Below are positions 54,766-64,000 of a stretch of 64,000 bases of DNA, piece after piece. Made by a program: the position numbers and the translations under genes. The stretch covers positions 75,613-139,612 of the IMG/VR virus record IMGVR_UViG_3300045988_117852; one strand, 5' to 3'. Each line of letters starts with the position of its first letter. The first letter of the stretch is position 1. The notes below the pieces were generated by a model. The model was not told the origin of the DNA and made no database searches. It saw only the letters and a list, made by a program, of their open reading frames with translations. This DNA is from a virus.

Positions 54766-56256
54766 ATGGAGGCAGAGGGAAATGTAATTAGTTGTTTCTT
54801 TAAAGATATGTTGCTTTTGGATGACACTACATTCGAACAACACGATTTCATTACAAAAGATGGACTTTTTTACTTTTCTATGCTTAAAAAATTACGTGAA
54901 CAGGGTTTCTATTCTCTGGATGAAATCACGATTTTATCCAACCTGTCTGAGAACGCTATAAAAAGATACACTGACATGGGAGGATGGGATTCTATTCAAC
55001 ATCAGATAGATATTATCAACACACAGAATTTTGATGTGTATATCGACATTCTGTATAGAGAAAACACTATGCTGAAGATGTATGATGATGGATTTAACCT
55101 GTTCAAAGAGATAGACATTGACGGCAAGAAAATCGTACCAGTAACACTTTTCAGAAGAATGACTGCCGAGGAAGTTACGGATTGGTATGATGCAAGACTA
55201 AGTACATATGGTACGGGATATTCCAGTAAGATTCTGGAAGAAGAAGAAATTGATTTTGATGATGATTTTATTGATTCCTGCGTGGAAGGTGAAGAAAATG
55301 GAGTTCCATTTGATGTGGCAGGGATTGATATTAATGGCGAAGAAATGAACTGCTTTCCGTTCTTATCCAGACAGATCATGGGTATTCTTGAGGGAACACT
55401 TACTATGATGGGTGGATTCAGTAGTGCAGGTAAATCAACATGGTTTATCACTTTGCTTATGGCATTGCTGAATTATGATAGGAAAGTATTGATCATTTCA
55501 AACGAAGAAAAAGTAAAGAAATTTAAAGTCAAGTTTATGATTTGGCTTTTGGCGAAGCATAATCGTTATTTTAAGTTGACAAAAAAGAAAATGATGTCTG
55601 GACAGATTGATGATGCAAGCCGAAGAGAACTAAAAGACGTGCAACAGTTATGGCGAGAACGGTATAAGGGTAGAGTGAAATTCTTACTTATCAACGATGC
55701 TGATATGACTGTTGTCAAGAAGAAAATTAGAGAACATGTACTTCGCTACGGATATGACACAGTGTTGTATGACACTTTTAAGATTCAAGAAGGAGATTTT
55801 AAAGGTAATCGTACTGATTTATCTTTGGTTCATGACAGTCGAGAGTTAGATAAACTTGCAAAAAAATACAACATTATCATGCTGGCATCTGTGCAGTTAG
55901 CAGAGTATATGAGAGGAAGGCTATTTCTTGATAGCTCTGTTCTTTCAAACTCTAAACAGATCAAAGAAGTATTAGAGAATCTTTTCTTGATGAGGACTGT
56001 ATATGACGAAGAACTTGATGAAAAGAGTAAATTCTATTGTCGTCCATTTAGGCTAAAAAAAGTTAATGATAAATGGATTGAGGAAGAATATCATCCTGAT
56101 CGTACTGCGGTGTGGAGAGCTTTATTTGTTGAGAAATGTCGAAGCGGTTCAAACTCATCAGATACAGGAGTTGGTTATCTACTTAAATTCGATGGTGATC
56201 ATTGTATCTTTAGAGAGGTTGCGCAGGCAAGATTTAAACATGGAGAAATCAAATAA
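54766..56256 (+). CDS. dnaB: DnaB-like replicative DNA helicase
   Basis: Walker A GGFSSAGKSTW in the C-terminal RecA-like domain; size and N-terminal helical domain are consistent with the DnaB family. Confidence 0.6.
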   Translation: MEAEGNVISCFFKDMLLLDDTTFEQHDFITKDGLFYFSMLKKLREQGFYSLDEITILSNLSENAIKRYTDMGGWDSIQHQIDIINTQNFDVYIDILYRENTMLKMYDDGFNLFKEIDIDGKKIVPVTLFRRMTAEEVTDWYDARLSTYGTGYSSKILEEEEIDFDDDFIDSCVEGEENGVPFDVAGIDINGEEMNCFPFLSRQIMGILEGTLTMMGGFSSAGKSTWFITLLMALLNYDRKVLIISNEEKVKKFKVKFMIWLLAKHNRYFKLTKKKMMSGQIDDASRRELKDVQQLWRERYKGRVKFLLINDADMTVVKKKIREHVLRYGYDTVLYDTFKIQEGDFKGNRTDLSLVHDSRELDKLAKKYNIIMLASVQLAEYMRGRLFLDSSVLSNSKQIKEVLENLFLMRTVYDEELDEKSKFYCRPFRLKKVNDKWIEEEYHPDRTAVWRALFVEKCRSGSNSSDTGVGYLLKFDGDHCIFREVAQARFKHGEIK

Positions 56257-56277
56257 TTAAAATGTGCGGTGTGATAT

Positions 56278-57306
56278 ATGTTAGACAATATAAAAAAAGA
56301 ACTATTGTCTAATCCTGAAAAAATAAGAGAAGTCTTGGAGCATTTTGATTATTGTCATGTAGTGATCAGAAACACATATATGTCATTTGGTCGAGATGAG
56401 GTCTCTTCAAAGAAGTCCATAGTAATCAATCTGAAAAATAACAAAGCGTTGTTTGTGCATGATTATGCTAGAGCAATCCAAAAAGATTTGTTCTCATATA
56501 TTATGCAGCAACGTGGAGTTGATTTTGCAGAGGTTTTAGGAGTTGTTAAAAACATCTTAGGGATTACTGATTACTATGATTTCTTTGATAGACAAGGTAT
56601 TTTTGGCGGATTTTATGAAAGGATTAGAAATCACAATGTAGTTCGAATCCAAACTTATGATGAATCTATATTAGATAAATACAATAATGTAGGGAATTTA
56701 AGATTCCTTAAAGATAATATATCACTTGAAGCACAAAGAACTTTTGGCATTCGGTTTGATACATCATCTCAAGGGATCGCAATTCCGATTAGAAATCAAT
56801 TAGGACAACTAATTGGTGTAAAAGAAAGATTTAACTATGATGTTGAAGATGGTGAAATGAAATATTTCTACGATGTTCCGTGTCAAATGTCTCAAACATT
56901 ATATGGATATTCTCAGAATTATCAGTATTTAGCCAACGGTGTTGTGTTGATATTTGAGGCAGAGAAATCTGTAATGCAGTGTTTTACATATGGAATTAGA
57001 AACTGTGTGGCACTTGGCAGTGGAACAATCAGCAAGAAACAGGTGCAATTATTATTGGAATTAAATCCTAAAAAAGTAATATTTATGCATGATGTTGGCT
57101 ATGATATTGAGAATATTATGAGAAATATTGACATGGTAAAAGGATACTCAAGATTTGCTGAGATTGAGTTAGGATACTGGGACTTTAATTTAAGTGAGTA
57201 TTCCAATAAGGTATCACCGTCCGATATGGGAAAAGAAAAGTTAAATTACATATTAGAAAACGAAATAAAAATGATAGGGGATGAAGACGTCGAAGAAGAA
57301 ATATAA
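56278..57306 (+). CDS. TOPRIM-domain DNA primase-like protein
   Basis: LIFEAEKS (Toprim Glu) and FMHDVGYD (DxD); it sits between the helicase and RecJ. Confidence 0.45.
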   Translation: MLDNIKKELLSNPEKIREVLEHFDYCHVVIRNTYMSFGRDEVSSKKSIVINLKNNKALFVHDYARAIQKDLFSYIMQQRGVDFAEVLGVVKNILGITDYYDFFDRQGIFGGFYERIRNHNVVRIQTYDESILDKYNNVGNLRFLKDNISLEAQRTFGIRFDTSSQGIAIPIRNQLGQLIGVKERFNYDVEDGEMKYFYDVPCQMSQTLYGYSQNYQYLANGVVLIFEAEKSVMQCFTYGIRNCVALGSGTISKKQVQLLLELNPKKVIFMHDVGYDIENIMRNIDMVKGYSRFAEIELGYWDFNLSEYSNKVSPSDMGKEKLNYILENEIKMIGDEDVEEEI

Positions 57307-58900
57307 CATTTTGAACGATTGCAGAGGACTTTTTGAAGATGAGGTGTTTGAAATTATCATGCAGGAGCGTGGTATTGACGATCCAGAGCATTTTCTAAAT
57401 CCTACGGAAGATGATTTACTTTCTCTTGATGACTTAAAAAATATTGATAAAGCATATAAGCTTTTGGTAGATGCAGTATACAAAGATAAACGTATTGCAG
57501 TACATTTTGACACAGATACTGACGGAGTTGCAGCGGGAACTATTATTACACGACATTTAAAAAACATGACAGAAAATCCAGTAGATGTATACATTAACCG
57601 AGGCAAACAGCATGGATTAGCAAATCAGGACATTGCTAAGTTTTATGGGTATGATTTACTGATTGTCGTTGATAGTTTGGATAAAGACGAGACTCAGTAT
57701 AAGGATTTAAAAGAAACAGGAGTTGATGTGATTGTGTTAGACCACCATGCCATCGATCCAGATGTTCCTTATGACAACTATTGCACATTAGTTTCTTCTC
57801 AGAGAGAATATGAAAATCCACAGCTATCTGGCGCAGGTGTTGTTTGGAAGTTTTGCAAGTATATTGATGAGCAGAATGGTACAGATTATGCAGATGATTT
57901 GGTCGATCTAGCAGGTGTTGGGCTGATTGCAGATATGATGGATATGAGAGTAATGGAGAATCGTTACATTGTATCCGAAGCTTTGAAAGAAATTAGAAAT
58001 CCTGCGATTAAGAAGATTATTGGTGGATTTGAATTCAACAGCACAGCAGTTGCTTTTAGTATTGCACCGTTGGTTAATGCTGCAAACAGAATGGATCAGA
58101 ATGAAATTGCCCTAAATGCTTTCCTTGAAGACGACAATAAAAAGTTACGAGGATATATTAAACAGTTAAAGCAATGCAAAGAAGACCAAAATGAAGAGGT
58201 CGCACAGCTGATGCCAATGATTGCGGAACAGTGTGAAGCTCAGAGTGATAAAAAGATGATCACAACTTTTATCGACACTGATTATGGTATTTCTGGGTTA
58301 ATTGGAAACAAATTGCTTGAAAAATACCAGAAGCCGATTCTTGTGCTAAAGAAAAATGAAGATACATATGCAGGATCTATGCGAGCAGTTGGTGTAAAAG
58401 ACTTCCGACAGATGTGTAATAACAGTCAGTTGGCTGAAGCAAATGGACATGAACTTGCCAGTGGTATTGAAATTCCTAGAAAGAACTTCGCTGAGTTCAC
58501 CTCTTATATAGAAGAAACTCTTCCAGATAAGCCAGAAGATACAACAGTTGATGTCGATATTATGCTTGATATTTCAGACATCACAAGAAAAATGGTTGAC
58601 ATGATTAAGAAAATTGATCGTATTTCTGGACAAGGATTTAAACCTGTAAGAGTTTATATTGAAGAGATTGACGACTATGACATTGGTCAGATGAGCAATT
58701 ATAAACATCTTGTCCTGAAACCATGTAACAATGATAAATTGTGGATCATTAAATGGAACTACGATGGATCATTTGAGGATATGGAAGACCACTCTATGAT
58801 GAATGATGAATTTTGTGCTGTAACTACTCTTGATTGTGGATTCTTTGGCAGAAAGTTTGTGCTGAAAGCAGTGTGTGATTCACTTGAAGAGGTGGGATGA
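57281..58900 (+). CDS. recJ: RecJ-like DHH-family single-strand DNA exonuclease
   Basis: VHFDTDTDGVAAG (motif I/II), LIVVDS, and VIVLDHHAID (the DHH motif). Its start overlaps the primase end. Confidence 0.65.
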   Translation: MKTSKKKYNILNDCRGLFEDEVFEIIMQERGIDDPEHFLNPTEDDLLSLDDLKNIDKAYKLLVDAVYKDKRIAVHFDTDTDGVAAGTIITRHLKNMTENPVDVYINRGKQHGLANQDIAKFYGYDLLIVVDSLDKDETQYKDLKETGVDVIVLDHHAIDPDVPYDNYCTLVSSQREYENPQLSGAGVVWKFCKYIDEQNGTDYADDLVDLAGVGLIADMMDMRVMENRYIVSEALKEIRNPAIKKIIGGFEFNSTAVAFSIAPLVNAANRMDQNEIALNAFLEDDNKKLRGYIKQLKQCKEDQNEEVAQLMPMIAEQCEAQSDKKMITTFIDTDYGISGLIGNKLLEKYQKPILVLKKNEDTYAGSMRAVGVKDFRQMCNNSQLAEANGHELASGIEIPRKNFAEFTSYIEETLPDKPEDTTVDVDIMLDISDITRKMVDMIKKIDRISGQGFKPVRVYIEEIDDYDIGQMSNYKHLVLKPCNNDKLWIIKWNYDGSFEDMEDHSMMNDEFCAVTTLDCGFFGRKFVLKAVCDSLEEVG

Positions 58901-60162
58901 TTATGGCAGGAAAAGAAGTATTTTGTTCAGTCTGCGGTTTATCATCTACTTTGGACGGACATTTTTGGAAAGAAAAGAAGTTGTGCAACAGACACAATAT
59001 GCAGTTAGAAAAACATGGAAAACTGTTAGATAAAGATATAGTAATCCCTAAAAAGAGACATAGATGGACTCCAGAAGAAGAAACCAGATTAGAAGAGTTG
59101 TATAAACAAGGAGTTTCTTTTGAAAAAATTAGTAAACAAATGAATCTATCCGTGGCAGCCATAGCGGCTCGAAGTCGTCATTTGAATCTTGGCAATAAGT
59201 ATATGAGGTCTAATAATCCTAATTTTAAAGCCACATATCAGGATTATGATTGGTGTTATGAAAGATATGTTGTTAAGGGAATGACTCATCAAGAAATGGC
59301 AGATGAATGTGGTGCCTCGTTAAGAGTTATTCAGAAATGGTGTTCTGAAGTTCATAAATTAAATTGTTGGACTTTCAAAAACAATAAGACATTAACCGAT
59401 AAACAGTATCAAATTATTTTATTTGGCACATTAGGAGATGGGCATATTGATAAGAGAGAGATGCAACCTTTGTATATTGAATGTCATTCTATAGCAGAAA
59501 AGGATTACGTGTTTTGGAAATATGAAGAATTAAAAGATTTATGTAACTCTGAGCCAAAGTATTATGAAGGTGGCTATAAAGATTTTGGTTCTGGTACAAA
59601 GTATTGGTGTAAACCACATTACAGATTTGAGACAAGAATTATTAATCAATTGAAGGACATTCGAGACATGCCAAGAATCAATAAGATTTGGCAATTGAAT
59701 GAATTTGGATTATCTCTTCATTGCTTAGACGATGGATGCAGAGGTAAATCAGCGTGGGAATTATGTTTGGCAGAATATACTCAGCAAGAAATTGATTTAT
59801 ATATCAAGCTGTGTAAAAAGAGATTTGGGTTATATGCTAAACAGCAGACAGATAAAAGATATATAAGATTTGATTCAGATTCAAGTAGAATTATTGATCA
59901 AATTATTTTAAACAATATTCCTAATTCGCTTGACATTATCAAAAAGAAGATATTAGAAAACGATAAAATTTCTAAAAAAGTAAGATACATTTATGTTGTC
60001 ATGCAGAACGGAGAACAGATTGGTTTATCTACATATTGTAGATCTCATGGTATTCCATATGAAAAGACAAGAAAATATGTCATTGAGCACAATATCTCTC
60101 GAATTCAAGAAGCTGATCTACTAAATAGATTAAAAGCTGGAGGATTAATGAATGCGGTATAA
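58897..60162 (+). CDS. LAGLIDADG-family homing endonuclease with N-terminal zinc-finger/HTH region
   Basis: Two LAGLIDADG-like motifs (ILFGTLGDGHID and LSLHCLDDGCRG), plus CSVCG…C and an HTH (VSFEKISKQMNLSVAAIAARSRHL). Confidence 0.55.
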   Translation: MIMAGKEVFCSVCGLSSTLDGHFWKEKKLCNRHNMQLEKHGKLLDKDIVIPKKRHRWTPEEETRLEELYKQGVSFEKISKQMNLSVAAIAARSRHLNLGNKYMRSNNPNFKATYQDYDWCYERYVVKGMTHQEMADECGASLRVIQKWCSEVHKLNCWTFKNNKTLTDKQYQIILFGTLGDGHIDKREMQPLYIECHSIAEKDYVFWKYEELKDLCNSEPKYYEGGYKDFGSGTKYWCKPHYRFETRIINQLKDIRDMPRINKIWQLNEFGLSLHCLDDGCRGKSAWELCLAEYTQQEIDLYIKLCKKRFGLYAKQQTDKRYIRFDSDSSRIIDQIILNNIPNSLDIIKKKILENDKISKKVRYIYVVMQNGEQIGLSTYCRSHGIPYEKTRKYVIEHNISRIQEADLLNRLKAGGLMNAV

Positions 60163-63100
60163 CAATTATCATAAACACGATCATGTGTCAAATATCTTTA
60201 CCCCAGATACAAATACTAAACAAGAAGAGTATATTCTTAAAGCATTGGAGTATGGGCATACAAGTTATTATAGTACGAATCATGGCAGTTTTGGAGATAT
60301 CTTTGAAGCCAGAACATTGTGTAATAAGTATGGATTGCGTTGTATTGCAGGCATCGAAGGATATATTGTCCCAAATGCGTCGCAAAAAGACAAAAGGAAT
60401 TATCATATTATAGTGATCCCTAAAACCGATGAAGCCAGAAAGAAGATGAATTATGTATCAAGTATGGCAAACATCAAAGGGTTTTATTATAAACCAAGAT
60501 TTTTTTTATCTGATTTATTAAAACTTGATCCCAATGATGTTTATATTACAACTGCATGTGTAGCAGGATTATTACGAGATGAGGATTCAATTAATGAGAT
60601 TTTTATGCCTCTATATAAGCATTTTAAAGAAAATGTAATGCTAGAAGTTCAGACTCATGATGATCCGTTGCAAATTGAAATCAATAAAAAGGCAATATAT
60701 CTGTCTGATCAATATGGGTTAAGCTTAATTGCTGCAAATGATTCACACTATATTGACGAATCAGGCAAAGAAGAACGTCTGGAATTATTGCGAGGTAAAC
60801 ATATCAATTACGGCAGTGAAGACGATTTTATATTAGATTATCCTACTGCTGAAACAATGATTGAAAGATTCAAAAAACAAGGCGTTTTGACAGATAGACA
60901 AATCTCAGATGCATTAAATAACACATTGTTGTTTGATGAATGTGAAGAAATACAACTCGATTATTCAATTAAAATGCCTACGATTTATCCTAACTTGACT
61001 CCCGAACAAAGAGTGGGTCTTCTAAAAAAAGAAGTAAATAAACGGTTCAAGGAGATTCGAAAAGAAGAACATATTGAAGGAGAAGAGTTTAAAAAATATA
61101 AAGATGGAATTCGATATGAGATGAAAATCATCGAGGATACTAATGATGAAATACATACAGCGGACTATTTTTTGTTTAATGAGAAAAATGTAGATCTTGC
61201 AGTTAATAAATATGGTGGTGTATTGACTCGTGGTGGAAGAGGTAGTTGCGGTTCCTTCTATATAAATAGGATATTGGGAATGACACAACTAGATAGATTT
61301 AAAATTAATCTTCCGCTTTTCCCAGACAGATTTGCTTCTACTGCCAGATTGCTAGAGAATCGCTCATTGCCCGATATAGATTTTAACGTAAAATCCCAAG
61401 AACCATTTATTAAAGCTTCAAGGGAATTGCTTGGTGAACACGGGTGTTATCCAATGTATGCACCAGGAACCATGCAAATATCTGAAGCATTTAGAAATGT
61501 ATGTAGATCTAAGAATATGTCATTTGACGAATTTAATCATGTGGCAAAAAATCTGGAAGAATATCAAGATGATCCGAAATGGAAACCGATTATCGAAGAG
61601 GCAAATCGCTATGTTGGAACAATTATATCTGGTTCTGTACATCCTTGCGCCCATATTTTAAGCAACACTAATTTGCTTTATGAGTACGGTGTTACTCGTT
61701 TAGGTGAAAACGTATGTGTTTTAATTACTTCATCTGAAGCAGATGAATATAAGGTACTTAAAAACGATTATCTTATCGTCACGGTTTGGAAGCTTATTGA
61801 CGAAACATTTAAAGAGATTGGAATTCCGATTATTAAGGCAAATGAATTATTGGATAAAATTAAAGATGATCAGAGAATATGGGATTTATTTAAAAATGGT
61901 ATTACATGTACTTTAAATCAGGTTGATAGCGACAATGGATGTAGACAAGCAAAACAGTATGGTATTTCGTCATTTGAGGATGGCGCCCATATTGCAGCAG
62001 CCATAAGACCGTCTTTTGATTCATGGAGAGAACAGTTTTTAGACAGAAAACCATATACAACTGGTTCAGATCAGCTTGACGATGTTTTGAAAGATACTCA
62101 TGGATACATTTTATTTCAAGAATCATTAATGCAATATTTTGACTGGTTGGGGGTTAGCCCAGCTGAATCTATTGGTTTAATTAAGAAAATTTCCAAGAAA
62201 AAAATTAAACAATCGGATTTTGATAATCTTGAGGAAAGAATCAAAAAGCAATGGATTATTAATACTGGCTCAGAAGAAATGTTTTCCGAAACATGGCATT
62301 TGGTACAAAGTTGTATGAGCTACGGATTTTGTTCAGCCCATGCAGCAGCAACCTCATTGGACATGTGTTATGGAGCATATCTAAAGGTCAATTATCCTTA
62401 CGAATACTACAGTGTTTGTTTCAATAATTACGTTGGAGACAAAGAACGAACGAATAAACTAACAAATGAGTTAGAGTATTTTGGTATTAAATTAAGCGAC
62501 ATTAAGTTTAGACACTCTAACTCAAAATATTCTTATGATAAAGAGGGTCATACAATATTCAAAGGCATGTCGTCCATTAAATTTGTTGGAGATAATGTTG
62601 GAGAAGAACTGTATGCATTACGAGATAATCAATATGATTCTTTTATAGATTTGTTGCAAGACATATCTAATACATCTGTCAATTCTAAACAGTTAGATAT
62701 TTTAATTAAATTAGATTTCTTTTCTGAATTTGGAGACATTAATTATCTACTTAAACAGGTTGAGTGCTATGACAAATTCTATGGCAGAAAACAGTTTACA
62801 ATTTCGAAGCTCCAAAAAGAAGGCGAAGATATTGAATTAATCAAAAAGTATTGTCAGAAACAGACAGAAAAAACATTGAAAGAATTTGATTATATTGGAT
62901 TTTTGAAAGATATGACATCAAGTATGGCATATTCACTAGTTTCAATAACTGAACGGATGGATTATCAGAAAGAATATATTGGTTACATCAGTTACATTAA
63001 CCCAAACGTCGGCAAACGATATTACTATGTTAAAGATTTATCTGTAACAAAATCCATCGTGAACATCCAACTATATGAAATTTACTCTGGAAAAACACAA

Positions 63101-63316
63101 AAAGTAAAAATGTGGACAACCCAATATAAGAAGAATCCATTCGATGAAGGAGATATTCTATATCTGAAATCAGTTGAGAAGAAACATAAAAAAGAACCAA
63201 CTGGAGAGATCAATCAAAAAACAGGAAAGAAAATCTACAAAGATGTGCCAGATAAATTTGAGTTTTGGCTTAAGAATTTCACTATTAAAAATGACGTAGA
63301 GGAGGAATTAGTATAA
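60152..63316 (+). CDS. dnaE: DNA polymerase III alpha subunit (DnaE family, PHP plus polymerase core)
   Basis: The PHP N-terminus YHKHDHVSNI…G.TSYYSTNHGSFGDI is the DnaE hallmark; 1054 aa. Confidence 0.7.
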   Translation: MRYNNYHKHDHVSNIFTPDTNTKQEEYILKALEYGHTSYYSTNHGSFGDIFEARTLCNKYGLRCIAGIEGYIVPNASQKDKRNYHIIVIPKTDEARKKMNYVSSMANIKGFYYKPRFFLSDLLKLDPNDVYITTACVAGLLRDEDSINEIFMPLYKHFKENVMLEVQTHDDPLQIEINKKAIYLSDQYGLSLIAANDSHYIDESGKEERLELLRGKHINYGSEDDFILDYPTAETMIERFKKQGVLTDRQISDALNNTLLFDECEEIQLDYSIKMPTIYPNLTPEQRVGLLKKEVNKRFKEIRKEEHIEGEEFKKYKDGIRYEMKIIEDTNDEIHTADYFLFNEKNVDLAVNKYGGVLTRGGRGSCGSFYINRILGMTQLDRFKINLPLFPDRFASTARLLENRSLPDIDFNVKSQEPFIKASRELLGEHGCYPMYAPGTMQISEAFRNVCRSKNMSFDEFNHVAKNLEEYQDDPKWKPIIEEANRYVGTIISGSVHPCAHILSNTNLLYEYGVTRLGENVCVLITSSEADEYKVLKNDYLIVTVWKLIDETFKEIGIPIIKANELLDKIKDDQRIWDLFKNGITCTLNQVDSDNGCRQAKQYGISSFEDGAHIAAAIRPSFDSWREQFLDRKPYTTGSDQLDDVLKDTHGYILFQESLMQYFDWLGVSPAESIGLIKKISKKKIKQSDFDNLEERIKKQWIINTGSEEMFSETWHLVQSCMSYGFCSAHAAATSLDMCYGAYLKVNYPYEYYSVCFNNYVGDKERTNKLTNELEYFGIKLSDIKFRHSNSKYSYDKEGHTIFKGMSSIKFVGDNVGEELYALRDNQYDSFIDLLQDISNTSVNSKQLDILIKLDFFSEFGDINYLLKQVECYDKFYGRKQFTISKLQKEGEDIELIKKYCQKQTEKTLKEFDYIGFLKDMTSSMAYSLVSITERMDYQKEYIGYISYINPNVGKRYYYVKDLSVTKSIVNIQLYEIYSGKTQKVKMWTTQYKKNPFDEGDILYLKSVEKKHKKEPTGEINQKTGKKIYKDVPDKFEFWLKNFTIKNDVEEELV

Positions 63317-63366
63317 TTCAATTTTATAAATACACAGATAAGGAAGTCAAAGAGCTAATAAGCTCG

Positions 63367-63849
63367 ATGACAATCCTTGTCGACACAAGGGAGCAAAAGG
63401 CTGATCATATCATAGACTACTTCGATAGAAAAGGTGTAAATCATAAAAAGAAAGCATTGGATTATGGAGACTACAGTTTCATGATTCCTGCAAATGAGAA
63501 GCTTGGTATTCAGAGAGATATGTATTTTGACAGCAAAGTGTGTGTTGAGCGCAAAGGAAGTCTTGAAGAAATCAGTGGCAATTTATCAAAAGATCGTGCT
63601 AGATTCGAAAAAGAGCTAAGTCTTGCACCAGAGACAAAAGTTATTTTACTTGAAAATGCCAATTACTCAGATATTGCAGAGGGCAATTATAACACGCAGT
63701 ATAACAAGAAATCATTCATTGGATCATTGCACAGCTTTTGGTTTAAATACAATGTGCCGATATTCTTCATGCCAGATAATAAATATTCTGGTCTGTTTAT
63801 TCGATTGTATTTTGAATATTACTTAAAAAATTATTTAAAAGGGAAATGA
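63367..63849 (+). CDS. ERCC4/XPF-type nuclease-domain protein (putative structure-specific endonuclease/resolvase)
   Basis: ILVDTREQ…YGDYSF…VERKGSLEEISGNL carries the ERCC4 D…E, GDY and ERK motifs. Confidence 0.55.
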   Translation: MTILVDTREQKADHIIDYFDRKGVNHKKKALDYGDYSFMIPANEKLGIQRDMYFDSKVCVERKGSLEEISGNLSKDRARFEKELSLAPETKVILLENANYSDIAEGNYNTQYNKKSFIGSLHSFWFKYNVPIFFMPDNKYSGLFIRLYFEYYLKNYLKGK

Positions 63850-63864
63850 GGTGCTGCCTAAATA

Positions 63865-64000
63865 ATGGAGAGTCAGACATGCGAAAAGGTATGCGAGTTT
63901 GAAATGATTCCTACATATCAGATATTTTATAATGAAGAATCAATGTTTGGTATCTATGCGTTTTGTACAAAAGACCAGATACCACAATTCAGTCCATACA
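63865..64000 (+). CDS. partial CDS (5' end), resembling a RecD-like helicase N-terminus
   Basis: MESQTC…EMIPTYQIFYNEESMFGIYAFCT resembles the RecD2 N-terminal domain; it runs off the window. Confidence 0.3.
   Translation, partial: MESQTCEKVCEFEMIPTYQIFYNEESMFGIYAFCTKDQIPQFSPY

Noticed and set aside
60152-63316. Intein or intron within dnaE
   Set aside because: The 1054-aa product is collinear with the usual DnaE length. No Cys/Ser…HN intein boundary blocks or frame interruptions were seen.
1-64000. Alternative genetic code (TAG or TGA reassignment) suggested by the in-frame TAG at 3025
   Set aside because: TAG, TAA and TGA all terminate multiple well-delimited genes at sensible positions (for example TAG at 538, 868, 1377 and 1982), so the standard code fits.

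Overview
This 64-kb window reads as part of a large dsDNA phage or phage-plasmid genome from a low-GC Firmicute, probably Clostridia-like. It is AT-rich, tightly packed, and nearly all of its ~95 genes run on the + strand; one XRE-type regulator gene on the − strand and a tRNA-like gene are the exceptions. Modules in order: (1) 0–5 kb, about 15 small early genes with a stereotyped GGTGGAAATTATG start context; (2) a DnaN-like sliding clamp; (3) a HicA/HicB toxin–antitoxin pair with a strong sigma-A promoter and an intrinsic terminator; (4) Bro-N/KilAC antirepressor-like proteins in three places; (5) a replisome-organizer/DnaD-like initiator, a tyrosine recombinase, a metallophosphoesterase and a MazF/PemK-like toxin; (6) an NAD+ cluster of PncA-like nicotinamidase, Prs-like phosphoribosyl-pyrophosphokinase, NAMPT-like phosphoribosyltransferase and NadE, split by an HNH-AP2 homing endonuclease; (7) flotillin/SPFH plus a PspA-like coiled-coil protein; (8) a tRNA-like gene carrying a ~70-nt insertion in its anticodon arm; (9) a − strand XRE regulator with a divergent promoter/operator; (10) at 38.4–40.8 kb, a 535-aa TnpB/Cas12-like RuvC nuclease followed by three diverged ~260-bp units, each ending in a CRISPR-like mini-array (36-nt GTTTGA…ACAAAAC repeats, 29–31-nt GC-richer unique spacers, degenerate terminal repeats) with no cas1/cas2, which is the most unusual system here; (11) two nucleoside 2-deoxyribosyltransferase-like proteins, a DHH-DHHA1 NrnA-like phosphoesterase, a nucleotidyltransferase with a HigA-like partner, a PcfJ-like protein and two sigma-70-family factors; (12) a replication module with an SSB-like protein bearing an acidic tail, a Sak4/AAA_24-like ATPase, a DnaB-like helicase, a TOPRIM primase, a RecJ-like DHH exonuclease, a LAGLIDADG homing endonuclease, Pol III alpha (DnaE/PHP), an ERCC4-like nuclease and the start of a RecD-like helicase. 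All function calls rest on motif-level reading of the translations; no database search was possible.
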